64,000 bases of DNA from Gemmatimonas sp. (GTDB taxonomy: Bacteria; Gemmatimonadota; Gemmatimonadetes; Gemmatimonadales; Gemmatimonadaceae). Each line of letters starts with the position of its first letter. Position 1 is the stretch's first letter. The DNA lies in assembly GCA_031414535.1 (NCBI GenBank), contig JANNVQ010000049.1:64001-128000 (forward strand), written 5' to 3'. The translations under genes and the position numbers were made by a program. Of this stretch, positions 17,354 to 26,298 are shown in pieces. Under the pieces are notes generated by a model, which was not told where the DNA came from, did not search any database, and saw nothing but the letters and a program-made list of their open reading frames with translations.

Positions 17354-18406
17354 AAGGACAGCAAAGAGACGGCTTCCGTCCGAGCTGGGGAGGAGTTGCC
17401 GCTAGATTCATTGAACACCTGGCTCGCTTCCGCGGCGCCGGAAGTTGGGCGGGTGAACGGTGTGGAACAGTTTCCGGGTGGGTTTTCTAACCTCACCTAT
17501 CTGCTCAAGACGAGCACTGGGGAATTCGTGTTGCGTCGCGCGCCGCGTGGTGCGCCTGGTGGCTCGGCGCACGACATGCCGCGCGAGGCGCGCATTCTTT
17601 CGGTCTGCGAGCTGCGGTTCATCCCGGCGCCTCGCGCCATTGTGACCTGCGAAGATCCTGCGGTTATCGGCGCAGCGTTCTATGTGATGGAACGCGTGCG
17701 CGGCGTGATTCTGCGCGGTTCGAAGGCGCCGAGTGGGTATGATGCGGCCGCGTTCGCCGCGCTTGGGGAGAACTTTCTCGATACGCTGGTGGCCATTCAC
17801 GGTGCGACGCCGTCGGATCCTGTTATCGGTGGGCTGGGGCGTCCGCTGGGGTATGTGTCACGTCAAGTGGAGGGCTGGACTGAGCGTTACGCGAAGTCGC
17901 GCACGGATGATGTGGCCAGCATTGCGCAGCTTGCGAGTTGGCTAGCGGAGCATCAGCCGAGCGAGAGCGGCGCGTGCTTGATTCACAACGACTTCAAGTA
18001 CGACAACTTGGTGCTCGACTCTGAGAAGCCGGGCCGCATCATTGCCGTGCTCGACTGGGAAATGGCCACGCTGGGCGATCCGCTGCTCGACGTCGGCACC
18101 TCGCTCGCGTACTGGATTGAGGCCGGCGACCATCCGGCGTTCAAGGCGCTGGGGCTGGGCATCACGGCGCTACCGGGCAATCTCACGCGCGCGCAGCTTT
18201 GGGATGGCTATCTCAAGAAGAGCGGGCGTGCATCACGCTCGGCGACTTGGTATCACGCCTTTGGCGTGTTCAAGGTGGCGGTGATTGCGCAGCAGATTTA
18301 TGCGCGCTACAAGAAGGGGCACACGAGTGACGAGCGATTTGCGCGCTTGGGCGATGTGGTCAAGCTGCTTGGCGAGTTTGGTGGGAGCGTGGTGGCGCGC
18401 GGCTAG
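17342..18406 (+). CDS. APH-family phosphotransferase (ACAD10/11 kinase-like)
   Basis: QFPGGFSNLTY, AHDMPRE, HNDFKYDN, VLDWEMATLGDPL. Confidence 0.9.
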   Translation: MTDAKDSKETASVRAGEELPLDSLNTWLASAAPEVGRVNGVEQFPGGFSNLTYLLKTSTGEFVLRRAPRGAPGGSAHDMPREARILSVCELRFIPAPRAIVTCEDPAVIGAAFYVMERVRGVILRGSKAPSGYDAAAFAALGENFLDTLVAIHGATPSDPVIGGLGRPLGYVSRQVEGWTERYAKSRTDDVASIAQLASWLAEHQPSESGACLIHNDFKYDNLVLDSEKPGRIIAVLDWEMATLGDPLLDVGTSLAYWIEAGDHPAFKALGLGITALPGNLTRAQLWDGYLKKSGRASRSATWYHAFGVFKVAVIAQQIYARYKKGHTSDERFARLGDVVKLLGEFGGSVVARG

Positions 18407-18440
18407 GAGGCTGGTCGAGCGCTGAACGCGCCGTGCTCGC

Positions 18441-18468
18441 GCTACTTCGCGCTACTTCGTGCTACTTC
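18441..18468. repeat. 10-mer tandem repeat (GCTACTTCGY)x3
   Basis: Between convergent genes; the third unit holds the TAG of the minus-strand gene. Confidence 0.7.
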
Positions 18469-19142
18469 CTGTCTGTGAGCCGCAGCAGGTGCGAGGCGAT
18501 GGCCTCGAACTGTTTTTCTCGTTTGCTACGCCAGCTTGGCAGGCGAGTCAGGCCACTGATAGTCAGCGCGGTACCGATGATACCGACGGGCACGAGGCCG
18601 GCGATAAACTCTGGGCCCTGACTTCCCGGCATAATTGCGCTGATGAATGCGAGGAGCGAAGAGACAGCGACCATCGAAACGCCCGCGCTGACCAATCCCC
18701 GCGCGTCGCCACGCACGGTCTTAAAGCGCACGCGATGTCCCTTGGGCGTTGGCTCGAGCAGGACCTGGAGATTGCTGTTCGTCCACTGCCGAAACGAGCC
18801 CTGCACCTCAACCTTGCCACGGGCCTCGAAGGTTTCGCGCAGCAGCACCACTAACTGGTCCCACTCTTCGTCGCTGAGCTTGCGGTCGAGCTCCACGGTA
18901 CGCGCGACGCCAATCGTGATGCCCAGTACCGTCGGCGGCGTTGGCGGAGGTGGCTGATCGACCAGTCGCGCCGCTTGCGCCACCATCTCTGGCGAGATGC
19001 CCGCTTCGCGACCGATTGTCTGAAGCTCCTCCAGCGACATGCCTTCGCTGCGCGAGAGCGACGTAGACTGCTCGCGCTGCACTTCGGTGGCTTTGGCGAA
19101 GATGCGGGCGACTTCGTCGTCGGAGAAGCGGCGTTCAGACAT
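18462..19142 (-). CDS. Hypothetical membrane protein (two C-terminal TM helices)
   Basis: Helical N-terminus (SLEELQTIGREAGISP) plus two hydrophobic segments. Confidence 0.75.
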   Translation of the reverse strand: MSERRFSDDEVARIFAKATEVQREQSTSLSRSEGMSLEELQTIGREAGISPEMVAQAARLVDQPPPPTPPTVLGITIGVARTVELDRKLSDEEWDQLVVLLRETFEARGKVEVQGSFRQWTNSNLQVLLEPTPKGHRVRFKTVRGDARGLVSAGVSMVAVSSLLAFISAIMPGSQGPEFIAGLVPVGIIGTALTISGLTRLPSWRSKREKQFEAIASHLLRLTDRK

Positions 19143-19243
19143 AGGTGAAATCTGGGCGCGGGGCCTAGGGCGCGCGAGTGCGAAGCCGTCTTTGAGAAGT
19201 AGTATTTAGACACCTGCTGTACGCTCCAACCAAGGAATTGCCT

Positions 19244-20356
19244 GTGCGCCTTCACATCATTCCGCTTGTTGTCTTGCTCGCGTTGACGCCTCTGGGCGGT
19301 GATGCACAGTGGCGGACGTCCGTTCTGCCGGTGCTCGGCTCCGCGCCCGAGACGGGCGGGCAGTTTGGCGTCGCGGTGTTCCGTACGCGTCAGCCAGATG
19401 ATTCGCTCGGGACGCGACCCTCGTCGCTCATCGGCAATGCGATTCTGACAAGCAAGGGCCAGCAGCGCGCGTTTGTGGAGTACGATCGTTGGACCGCTGG
19501 CAACGAGCGCCGACTCCAAGTACTCGCCATCGCGTCAAAGTTTCCCTTGCCCTTCTATGGCTACGGGGACCAGTCGGCTCGCGACCCAATGGAGTATGAG
19601 CCGAGGACGCTGGAGCTGAGCATCACGCGTGCTCGGAAGAGTGGACGAGCCTCCTGGCGCTATGCGGCACTTCGCGTCGTTGACACCAAGGTGAATAGCT
19701 TCTCCCCGAATTACCTCGTGGATCCCTTTCCCTGCGACTCGCTGGGTTGCGGGCTCTCGCCTGAGCTCGACGGCGTTCCTCGCGTCACCGATTACCGCCT
19801 CACAATGGCGACGCTGGGTTGGATCCGCGATTCGCGCGACAACCTCTTCGCGGCCACCAGCGGCGGCGTATTCGATATCTCGCTCACAGGCGGGCTCGAG
19901 TGGGAGCCCGGCGACGCTGGTCCGAGGGACGTGCTCACGCGACTTCGTATGGATTGGCGCAGGTACCGACCGCTACGCAATGGCGGAGTGCTTGCGGGTC
20001 AGGTCACGTTTAGCGACGCCTACGGGGAGTTCCCGATTGACCAAGTGGTGCTGGTTGGGCATCACACGCTCAACCGTGGTTACACCATGGGTCGCTTTCG
20101 TGATCGTGGGATGCTGGCCGCGCAGCTTGAATGGCGCAGTCCGATGCGCCTCTGGAATGACCGACTCGGATTTGCGTCCTTCGGTGGCGTTGCGCTGCTC
20201 AGAGGCGAGTCGCGCAACAATCGCCCGCTTCCGTCCGCAGGCGCCGGCCTCCGCTACCGCCTCGACCCGCGCACGCGCTCAACAATTCGCGTAGACTATG
20301 CCATCGGCGCGTCGGGCCAGAAGGGCCTCTACGTCGCCTTCAACGAGGCGTTTTGA
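19244..20356 (+). CDS. BamA/TamA (Omp85)-like outer-membrane barrel without POTRA
   Basis: Signal peptide, RGY..GRFRD motif, C-terminal IRVDYA...YVAFNEAF. Confidence 0.75.
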   Translation: MRLHIIPLVVLLALTPLGGDAQWRTSVLPVLGSAPETGGQFGVAVFRTRQPDDSLGTRPSSLIGNAILTSKGQQRAFVEYDRWTAGNERRLQVLAIASKFPLPFYGYGDQSARDPMEYEPRTLELSITRARKSGRASWRYAALRVVDTKVNSFSPNYLVDPFPCDSLGCGLSPELDGVPRVTDYRLTMATLGWIRDSRDNLFAATSGGVFDISLTGGLEWEPGDAGPRDVLTRLRMDWRRYRPLRNGGVLAGQVTFSDAYGEFPIDQVVLVGHHTLNRGYTMGRFRDRGMLAAQLEWRSPMRLWNDRLGFASFGGVALLRGESRNNRPLPSAGAGLRYRLDPRTRSTIRVDYAIGASGQKGLYVAFNEAF

Positions 20357-20384
20357 CGGCGCCTCCGTCCTAGGGGTTCGCGCG

Positions 20385-20762
20385 ATGTCAGACCTCACGC
20401 TCGGCAAGATTCAACAGATCGCCCTCGTCCAGCACGACGTGGACGCGGCCGTCCCCTTCTACAGAGACGGGCTCGGCCTCACGCTCCAATTCGCGATGGC
20501 CGGCATGGCCTTCTTCGACGCGGGTGGCGTACGCTTGATGCTCAGTAAGCCGAGCAGTCCGGAGTTGGATCATCCTAACTCTGTGCTGTACTTCGAAGTC
20601 GCCAATTGCCAAACGGCCTACGAGACTCTCAAGGCCAGAGGCGTCCCCTTCGACGGCGAACCGCACCTCGTAGGAAAAACCGCCACGCACGAATTGTGGA
20701 TGGCCTTCTGCCGAGATCCTGAGCGGAATCTCATCGCTATCAGCGAGTCGCGACCCCTTTAA
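20385..20762 (+). CDS. VOC/glyoxalase-family protein
   Basis: IQQIAL..D...A..FYRD.LGL...MAFCRDPERNLIAI. Confidence 0.85.
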   Translation: MSDLTLGKIQQIALVQHDVDAAVPFYRDGLGLTLQFAMAGMAFFDAGGVRLMLSKPSSPELDHPNSVLYFEVANCQTAYETLKARGVPFDGEPHLVGKTATHELWMAFCRDPERNLIAISESRPL

Positions 20763-20768
20763 AGGTTA

Positions 20769-20838
20769 TTCACCACGGAGGCACGGAGGCACAGAGACTG
20801 CTCAAGTAGTCTCCGCGCCTCCGTGTCTCCGTGGTGAA
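20769..20838. repeat. Octamer (CACGGAGG)-repeat palindrome between convergent genes
   Basis: About 33-bp arms TTCACCACGGAGGCACGGAGGCACAGAGAC / GTCTCCGCGCCTCCGTGTCTCCGTGGTGAA. Confidence 0.85.
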
Positions 20839-20858
20839 CGCAGTTTGTCCTTTGGGAA

Positions 20859-21446
20859 CTACGGACGCCACTGATTGGCGCGTTTACCCTGAGCGGCGAG
20901 TGTAGCGGTCTCGAGTATGCGCTTGGCACGCGTCTCCGGCCGCTTGGCGGATGAGATCCACTCAAGGATGCCGCGTTTGATTGATTTAGGAAACGCATCG
21001 AAGTTTGCCGCCGAGCCCGGATGAGCACGGAAGGTCTTAATCAAATCGGGTGGCATCTCCAGCGCCTCCACGCGATCAAGCTTCGCCCAAGAGCCGTCTG
21101 CTTTGGCCGCGGTAATCTTCGCGAGGCCTGCCGGCTGCATGCGCTTGGCCGCGATCATCTGCTTGATGCGCTGCTTGTTGAGTGCTGACCAGCCCGTTTT
21201 GCTCGAGCGTGGCGAGAAGCGCAACATCGTGCGCTCGGCGTCGAGTTTGCGCGGCAGGGAGTCAATCCATCCCCAGCACAGCGCCTCACTCACCGACTCA
21301 TCGTACGAGAGCCGCGGGCGGCTCGCGCCCTGCTTGTACGTGATGAGCCAAACGCTCGCGGCCCTCGTGTGATTCGCTTGCAACCACGCCCGCCACTCGG
21401 CGAGCGTGGTGACTTCGACGGAGTCTGCCGGGCGGGTGCCGGGCAT
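20859..21446 (-). CDS. YdeI/OmdA-family protein
   Basis: WRAWL..NH, EALCWGWIDS, WSALNK, WISSAKRPETRAKRI. Confidence 0.85.
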   Translation of the reverse strand: MPGTRPADSVEVTTLAEWRAWLQANHTRAASVWLITYKQGASRPRLSYDESVSEALCWGWIDSLPRKLDAERTMLRFSPRSSKTGWSALNKQRIKQMIAAKRMQPAGLAKITAAKADGSWAKLDRVEALEMPPDLIKTFRAHPGSAANFDAFPKSIKRGILEWISSAKRPETRAKRILETATLAAQGKRANQWRP

Positions 21447-21462
21447 CAGACTCCGTTGAAGC

Positions 21463-21972
21463 TCACGGCGCCGGCGCGCCAGCGAACAACGTCCCATCCT
21501 TGTCGAGGAGGGCGATGAAGCTGCGCACCTGCGTTGGGCCAAACGAACTCACGGCAACACGCTCGCCGGTTTCCGGGTCCTCAATCGTGATGCGACCGTC
21601 ACCCCAGGCCGTGAGGAGGAATGGTGCTTCCTGGGATTTCCGAGCCATCCGCCGACGGTCCGCCATCGCGCGCAGTGCGCCGCGGATGAAGCCGTTCGTG
21701 CCTGGCGGTAGGGTGAGCGCTAGTTCGCCCGTGCTCCCGTCCTTCACGAGGATGCCACCATCAGGTGCGTCTGAGAAGCTCAGTGCGCGCTGCGCAATTG
21801 GATTCTCATAGACGTCTGCAAACTTAAAGATGCCAAACTGCGACGCGAGAATCGCCATTGTGAACGTGAGGGCAATCATCGCCAGTGCCACGCGCAGGAT
21901 TGGCCGCGGCGGCGTGATTTGCGGCATCGCCGACTTGGAGCCCGGCTCCGCTTCAAAATGGATCTCGGCCAT
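21463..21972 (-). CDS. puhC: Photosynthetic complex assembly protein PuhC
   Basis: One TM, GFIRGALRAM..RR, W.DGR....DP.TG.....SFGPT; position after puhB. Confidence 0.9.
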   Translation of the reverse strand: MAEIHFEAEPGSKSAMPQITPPRPILRVALAMIALTFTMAILASQFGIFKFADVYENPIAQRALSFSDAPDGGILVKDGSTGELALTLPPGTNGFIRGALRAMADRRRMARKSQEAPFLLTAWGDGRITIEDPETGERVAVSSFGPTQVRSFIALLDKDGTLFAGAPAP

Positions 21973-22601
21973 TACTTGGTGTCCTCCGGCGGAACATTCA
22001 ACACGGCTTCACGCAGGATCTCGCCGACCTTCACCGAGTCCGTGAGACCGCGGAGCAAAGGCTCCGGGTTGGTGAACTTCCACGGGCGCACGTGCGGGAA
22101 GAGCACAATCCACGCGAGCTTTTCCTTCTCCGTCAGCTGCACGGCGATCTGTCCCGTCTTGTCGGAGAATTGCCGAGCGCTGGCACTCTGCACGTAGCGC
22201 AACGGGAGATTCACAGTCATCGGGAAGATGACGCCGAAGTTGAGCACCAAGCGACGGTCGGTGATGGCATAGGTCGTGCCCTTGGCGATGGCGCGGGCAA
22301 ACAGCAGTGCCGATCCCACGACTCCACCGGAGAGCAGGAGCTGCGTCCCCAGCGTCACCCAGAAGCTGGTCGTGCCGGCCTGCGAGCCGTTCACTGCCAC
22401 CCACCACAACACCATCACGCTCAGGTATGCGCTGATGGGGCGTATATAGAACAGATGACGCGCGATTGCCCGCGCGTCTGGCGACCCTTCCCACAGCACA
22501 CGTTCGCCTGCGGGCAACGCTTCGTTCACGCCGCGGATGCGCGCGCGGGAGGATTCGCGCGCGACATCCAAGTCCCCGGGGGGGAGAACTGTGGCGGTCA
22601 T
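21972..22601 (-). CDS. puhB: Photosynthetic complex assembly protein PuhB
   Basis: LPAGERVLWEGSP, YAITDRRLV..FG, LFPHVRPW....PEP.LR. Confidence 0.9.
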   Translation of the reverse strand: MTATVLPPGDLDVARESSRARIRGVNEALPAGERVLWEGSPDARAIARHLFYIRPISAYLSVMVLWWVAVNGSQAGTTSFWVTLGTQLLLSGGVVGSALLFARAIAKGTTYAITDRRLVLNFGVIFPMTVNLPLRYVQSASARQFSDKTGQIAVQLTEKEKLAWIVLFPHVRPWKFTNPEPLLRGLTDSVKVGEILREAVLNVPPEDTK

Positions 22602-23143
22602 CAGATGATGGGTTCCGCGCGCGAGGCTGTCGCGTACAGATGACCACCGGCGTAGTAACCCATGATCTTGTCTTCCTCGAGCAGCGTGATGCTGTCATCG
22701 CGCTTGGTGACGGGCACATCAGCAAACTGCGCCGACGTGATGGCCTTCACGATGATGTGATCGTTGCCCCAGAGGCCGAAGTGCGGCCACTGCACCAGAG
22801 CCGTGGGCAGCAACTTGCGCGCGCCGCCGTTGGCCAGCTGCACTTCGTAGTAGCGCACCTGCGGCTCCGAACGGTCAACCCAGATGTCCACGACGGTTGC
22901 GGCGACGACGCCATCGGCCGCCTTCACCGGAAGTCCACGCGGATCGGGGTCGCCAGCGGCCACGGTGTAGCCCGGCGCGATACGCATCGGCACAATCTTC
23001 GCCTCACCGCGCGCGGTGAGATCGGGAACGTCCGCACGATTGGCGTAGGCCGCGGGACCGACGCCGTCCACCATCGGATTGCCCGTGGGAATCAACGGCG
23101 ATCCGTTGTAGTGGTCTACTGGCACTGCTTTAAGCTCGGACAT
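22601..23143 (-). CDS. puhA: Reaction centre H subunit, cytoplasmic PRC-barrel part (Hc)
   Basis: GSPLIPTGNPMVDGVGPAAYANRAD, DPDPRGLPV, ITLLEEDKIMGYYAGGHLYA. Confidence 0.92.
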   Translation of the reverse strand: MSELKAVPVDHYNGSPLIPTGNPMVDGVGPAAYANRADVPDLTARGEAKIVPMRIAPGYTVAAGDPDPRGLPVKAADGVVAATVVDIWVDRSEPQVRYYEVQLANGGARKLLPTALVQWPHFGLWGNDHIIVKAITSAQFADVPVTKRDDSITLLEEDKIMGYYAGGHLYATASRAEPII

Positions 23144-23346
23144 TAGTGCGATCCTCCATCAGCGTGGTTCGTCACGTGCGGAAACTCCTTCTTGGGTGGC
23201 ACAGTCGGCCAACCCTCACGCTTGCCCTGCGGCGAATCGAGCGGATATCCCTCGCGCTTGTCCTCGCGGCGCAAGTAGAAAATCAACCCGAGGAAAAACG
23301 CCCAAAACGTATACAGGGCGATCTGTGCTCCATCGATGTACTCCAT
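23143..23346 (-). CDS. puhA: Reaction centre H subunit, N-terminal transmembrane part (Ht)
   Basis: [33 protein letters not shown]. Confidence 0.9.
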   Translation of the reverse strand: MEYIDGAQIALYTFWAFFLGLIFYLRREDKREGYPLDSPQGKREGWPTVPPKKEFPHVTNHADGGSH

Positions 23347-23407
23347 CGCTTCCCTCCCCCCGTTCAAGAAACCGTCATGAACCTACAAGACTGCTCGTAC
23401 ATCGCCG

Positions 23408-23437
23408 CTTCCATCATCCGTCATCCGTCATCCGTCC
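23408..23437. repeat. (GACGGAT)3 arm on the minus transcript right after the lhaA stop
   Basis: + strand CTTCCATCATCCGTCATCCGTCATCCGTCC. Confidence 0.8.
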
Positions 23438-24885
23438 TATACTGGTAGCTCAGCCAGCCCAAACTCCTTCTCATTCTTTCGTGTAATTCCGCCGGAGCGG
23501 ACTAAGCGTACGAGTGGCCCCAACGCGATTAGCGCGATGAACAACAAGAACGTCTCGATGTGGTAGACCACGCTGTACGGCACACTCGGATCGGCCATTG
23601 GACCGGTCAAGCGTCCGTCCGCTGCGGCTTGGGTCAAGGCATCACGAATCAATCCCGCGCAGGCCATCGAGAGCCCCTCGCTCGTGGCGAAGACCGCGCC
23701 CCACGCGCCTAGCGCTATGCCGTGTTGCGTGGCATCGCGGATGCCCATCGCCGTGCTGAGGGTGCCGACCGCGAACAGGCCCTCCCCCATGCCCATTAAG
23801 AACGAACCGCTGATGAAGAGGCCCGAGGATTGCAGAGGCGCCGCGAAGATGACGGCCGCGAAACTCACCACGCCAATCGCCACGCCCACCGCAGCCACCC
23901 GCACCGGATCGCTACCGCGTTCCAACATCCGCGCGGCAAGAATAAACGCCAGCAGGCCGCCCGCCGCCGCGATGCCCGTGAGCGTCGTCGTCTGCCCCAC
24001 GCTCCAACGCAGGATCTCGCCACCATATGGCTCGAGCAGCACGTCCTGCATGTTGAATGCAAAGAAGCCGATGCCCGTCGCCACCAAGAGTCGCACCGCG
24101 TGCCCACCCGCGACGAACGTTTGCCACGCCTCACGGAATTTCGGCTGACGGACGTCCGCGCCGTAGACGAGCGTGGAGGGCCCACGCGGTTCCTGCTTCC
24201 ATAGTGCCACGAAGTTGCAGACAATCGTGAACACCGCAGCGCCCTGAATCACTTGAATCAGGCGCATCGGGTTGAAGTCGCGTAGCAAGGTGCCGAGCAG
24301 TACGGCACTGATGACCGCACCAAGTAGCATCATTACGTACATGAGCGCGACGACGCGCGGCCGCTTAGCCTCATCCGCGAGATCTGTGGCCAAGGCTAGT
24401 CCACTCGTCTGCACCGTATGCGCGCCGGCACCCACCAGGAAGAACGCCAGCGCTGCGCCAAAGTACGGAGCCCAAGCCGGACCTGAGGCCTGTTCCCCCG
24501 ACAGCAGCAGCAGCGCAAACGGCATAATGGCGAGGCCACCGAACTGCATGAACGAGCCAACATAGATGAATGGAACCCGCTTCCATCCCCAGTAGCTCCG
24601 GTGCGTATCTGACTTGAAGCCGATCAGTGCTCGGAACGGCGCCACGAGCAGCGGAATCGCAATCATCACGGCCACGACGAACGACGGCACCTTCAGCTCA
24701 ACAATCATTACGCGGTTCAGCGTGCCGTAAAACAGTGTCGTCGCCATGCCCACTGTCAGCTGAAATAGGCTCAGCCGCAGGAACCGCGACAGCGGAACGT
24801 CCGCGGTCGCGATGTCCGCGAATGGCATGAACCGCGGACCCAACTGCTGAAAGGTCCGCGTCATAATGGACGGCGACTTGCTCAT
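23437..24885 (-). CDS. lhaA: LH1 assembly MFS protein LhaA (PucC family)
   Basis: FMPFADIAT..VPLSRFLRLSLFQ, GTLNRVMIVEL, QDVLLEPYGGEIL, GAWGAV. Confidence 0.9.
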   Translation of the reverse strand: MSKSPSIMTRTFQQLGPRFMPFADIATADVPLSRFLRLSLFQLTVGMATTLFYGTLNRVMIVELKVPSFVVAVMIAIPLLVAPFRALIGFKSDTHRSYWGWKRVPFIYVGSFMQFGGLAIMPFALLLLSGEQASGPAWAPYFGAALAFFLVGAGAHTVQTSGLALATDLADEAKRPRVVALMYVMMLLGAVISAVLLGTLLRDFNPMRLIQVIQGAAVFTIVCNFVALWKQEPRGPSTLVYGADVRQPKFREAWQTFVAGGHAVRLLVATGIGFFAFNMQDVLLEPYGGEILRWSVGQTTTLTGIAAAGGLLAFILAARMLERGSDPVRVAAVGVAIGVVSFAAVIFAAPLQSSGLFISGSFLMGMGEGLFAVGTLSTAMGIRDATQHGIALGAWGAVFATSEGLSMACAGLIRDALTQAAADGRLTGPMADPSVPYSVVYHIETFLLFIALIALGPLVRLVRSGGITRKNEKEFGLAELPV

Positions 24886-24889
24886 TGCC

Positions 24890-25966
24890 TCACCACACCG
24901 GCTCAAGACGGAAGTTGGCTGGCAATGGCTTGTGCACGGCCGGCAGCATATACAGCCGCAGGAACGTCACACCATTGCTCAACTTGGCGCCAAACGAACT
25001 CAGCGCACCGCCGATGCCACCGGCCTTCTGCGCCTTCTCGATGGTCAACATGTTCTGATGCATCTTCTCAAGCAGGGCCCAGAACTGCGGGTTCTCAGTG
25101 TCAATCGTCACCGGGAAGCACTGCTGGCTGATCTCGTTAGTGAGCTTGATGACCTTACGATCAAAGTCATCCACGTCAAAACCGAGCGCGTGGAAGAAGG
25201 TCGTCCGCGCGTGATCGCGCACGTACATCGTGGCGAACACGGCCAAGAGGAAGAAGCGAATCCATAGCTTGTTGCCACCCTGCAAGAACTGCGGGTTGGC
25301 ACGCATCAACACGGCAAAGGCCTCGCCGTGCCTGAACTCGTCGTTGCACCACTCCTGGAACCACTTGAAAATGGGGTGGAACCGGAACTCCGGGTGCTTC
25401 TCAAGCTGACGGAAAATCGTGATATAGCGCGCGTAGCCAATCTTCTCAGAGAGGTACGTGGCGTAGTAGATGTACTTGGGCTTGAAGTAGGTGTACTTCT
25501 TGGCCCGCGTGAGGAACGAGAGGTCCACGGCCACGTTGAAGTCAGCCAACGTGTGGTTGATAAACCCCGCGTGCCGGCCCTCATCGCGGCTCATGAAGCC
25601 AAACAGGTCGCGGATGTCCTTGTTCTTCACGCGCTTCTTGATCTCGGCGTACAGGATGCAGCCCGAGAACTCGGCCGTCACTGAACTGACGAGGAACTCG
25701 ACGAACGCCTTCTGGAGCGTCGGATCCCAACCCGTCCAGTCGAGATTCTCAAACTCAGGCGTGCGCTTGAAGTGGTTCTTATTTGGGTCGCGACGGAACT
25801 CGTCCACCAAGTCGTCCCAATCCTTACGGAGGGGCGAGACATCGAGGCGGTCCATCTCGGCAAAGTCCGTCGTGTAAAAACGCGGATTCAGGACGGCGTC
25901 GTCCGTGGCGGCCTTAGTAGACTCGTTCACGTCCTTCATCGGAGGCTTCATCGTGGCTTCGTACAT
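24890..25966 (-). CDS. acsF: O2-dependent Mg-protoporphyrin IX monomethyl ester cyclase
   Basis: LNPRFYTTDF, AEFSGCILY, DEGRHAGF, YLSEKIGYARY, WCNDEFRHGE diiron motifs. Confidence 0.97.
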   Translation of the reverse strand: MYEATMKPPMKDVNESTKAATDDAVLNPRFYTTDFAEMDRLDVSPLRKDWDDLVDEFRRDPNKNHFKRTPEFENLDWTGWDPTLQKAFVEFLVSSVTAEFSGCILYAEIKKRVKNKDIRDLFGFMSRDEGRHAGFINHTLADFNVAVDLSFLTRAKKYTYFKPKYIYYATYLSEKIGYARYITIFRQLEKHPEFRFHPIFKWFQEWCNDEFRHGEAFAVLMRANPQFLQGGNKLWIRFFLLAVFATMYVRDHARTTFFHALGFDVDDFDRKVIKLTNEISQQCFPVTIDTENPQFWALLEKMHQNMLTIEKAQKAGGIGGALSSFGAKLSNGVTFLRLYMLPAVHKPLPANFRLEPVW

Positions 25967-25968
25967 GA

Positions 25969-26298
25969 TTAGCCCTCGAATCCGACTTCGTAGAGTTCGG
26001 TGATGCCGCTGGTGCCAAGCGTGCGCACCAAAAAGCGGCGCGGCCAGCTGGCCTGCTTCACCGTTGCCGTGGAGTCCACAACAATCTTCTCCACCAAGCC
26101 CACTCGGGTCGGCGAGTTGTGCACGAGCACCTCGTCGCCTTCGTGCACGTCGTAGCCCTTCAGCTCGACATGCGCATGCAGGTGCGTGGGGTTGCTCTCG
26201 AGGTCAATCGTGCACGGCACGACGCGAGTCCTCCGGTACAGCATCCAGACGCCGAGTACCGCAGCGGCCAGCGTGGTCCATATCCAAACGTTCGTCAC
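25969..26298 (-). CDS. bciE: BciE-like cyclase accessory protein with N-terminal hydrophobic extension
   Basis: VPCT...LHAHV...GDEVLVH...TAT...EL.E..F pattern; immediately upstream of acsF. Confidence 0.7.
   Translation of the reverse strand: MTNVWIWTTLAAAVLGVWMLYRRTRVVPCTIDLESNPTHLHAHVELKGYDVHEGDEVLVHNSPTRVGLVEKIVVDSTATVKQASWPRRFLVRTLGTSGITELYEVGFEG

Noticed and set aside
6561..20838. Possible CRISPR array from the repeat clusters
   Set aside because: Units are 7-10 nt tandem repeats without unique spacers, and there are no cas genes
23141..23145. puhA as a frameshifted pseudogene
   Set aside because: Clean TAATG coupling with its own SD; a split H subunit is known in Gemmatimonas
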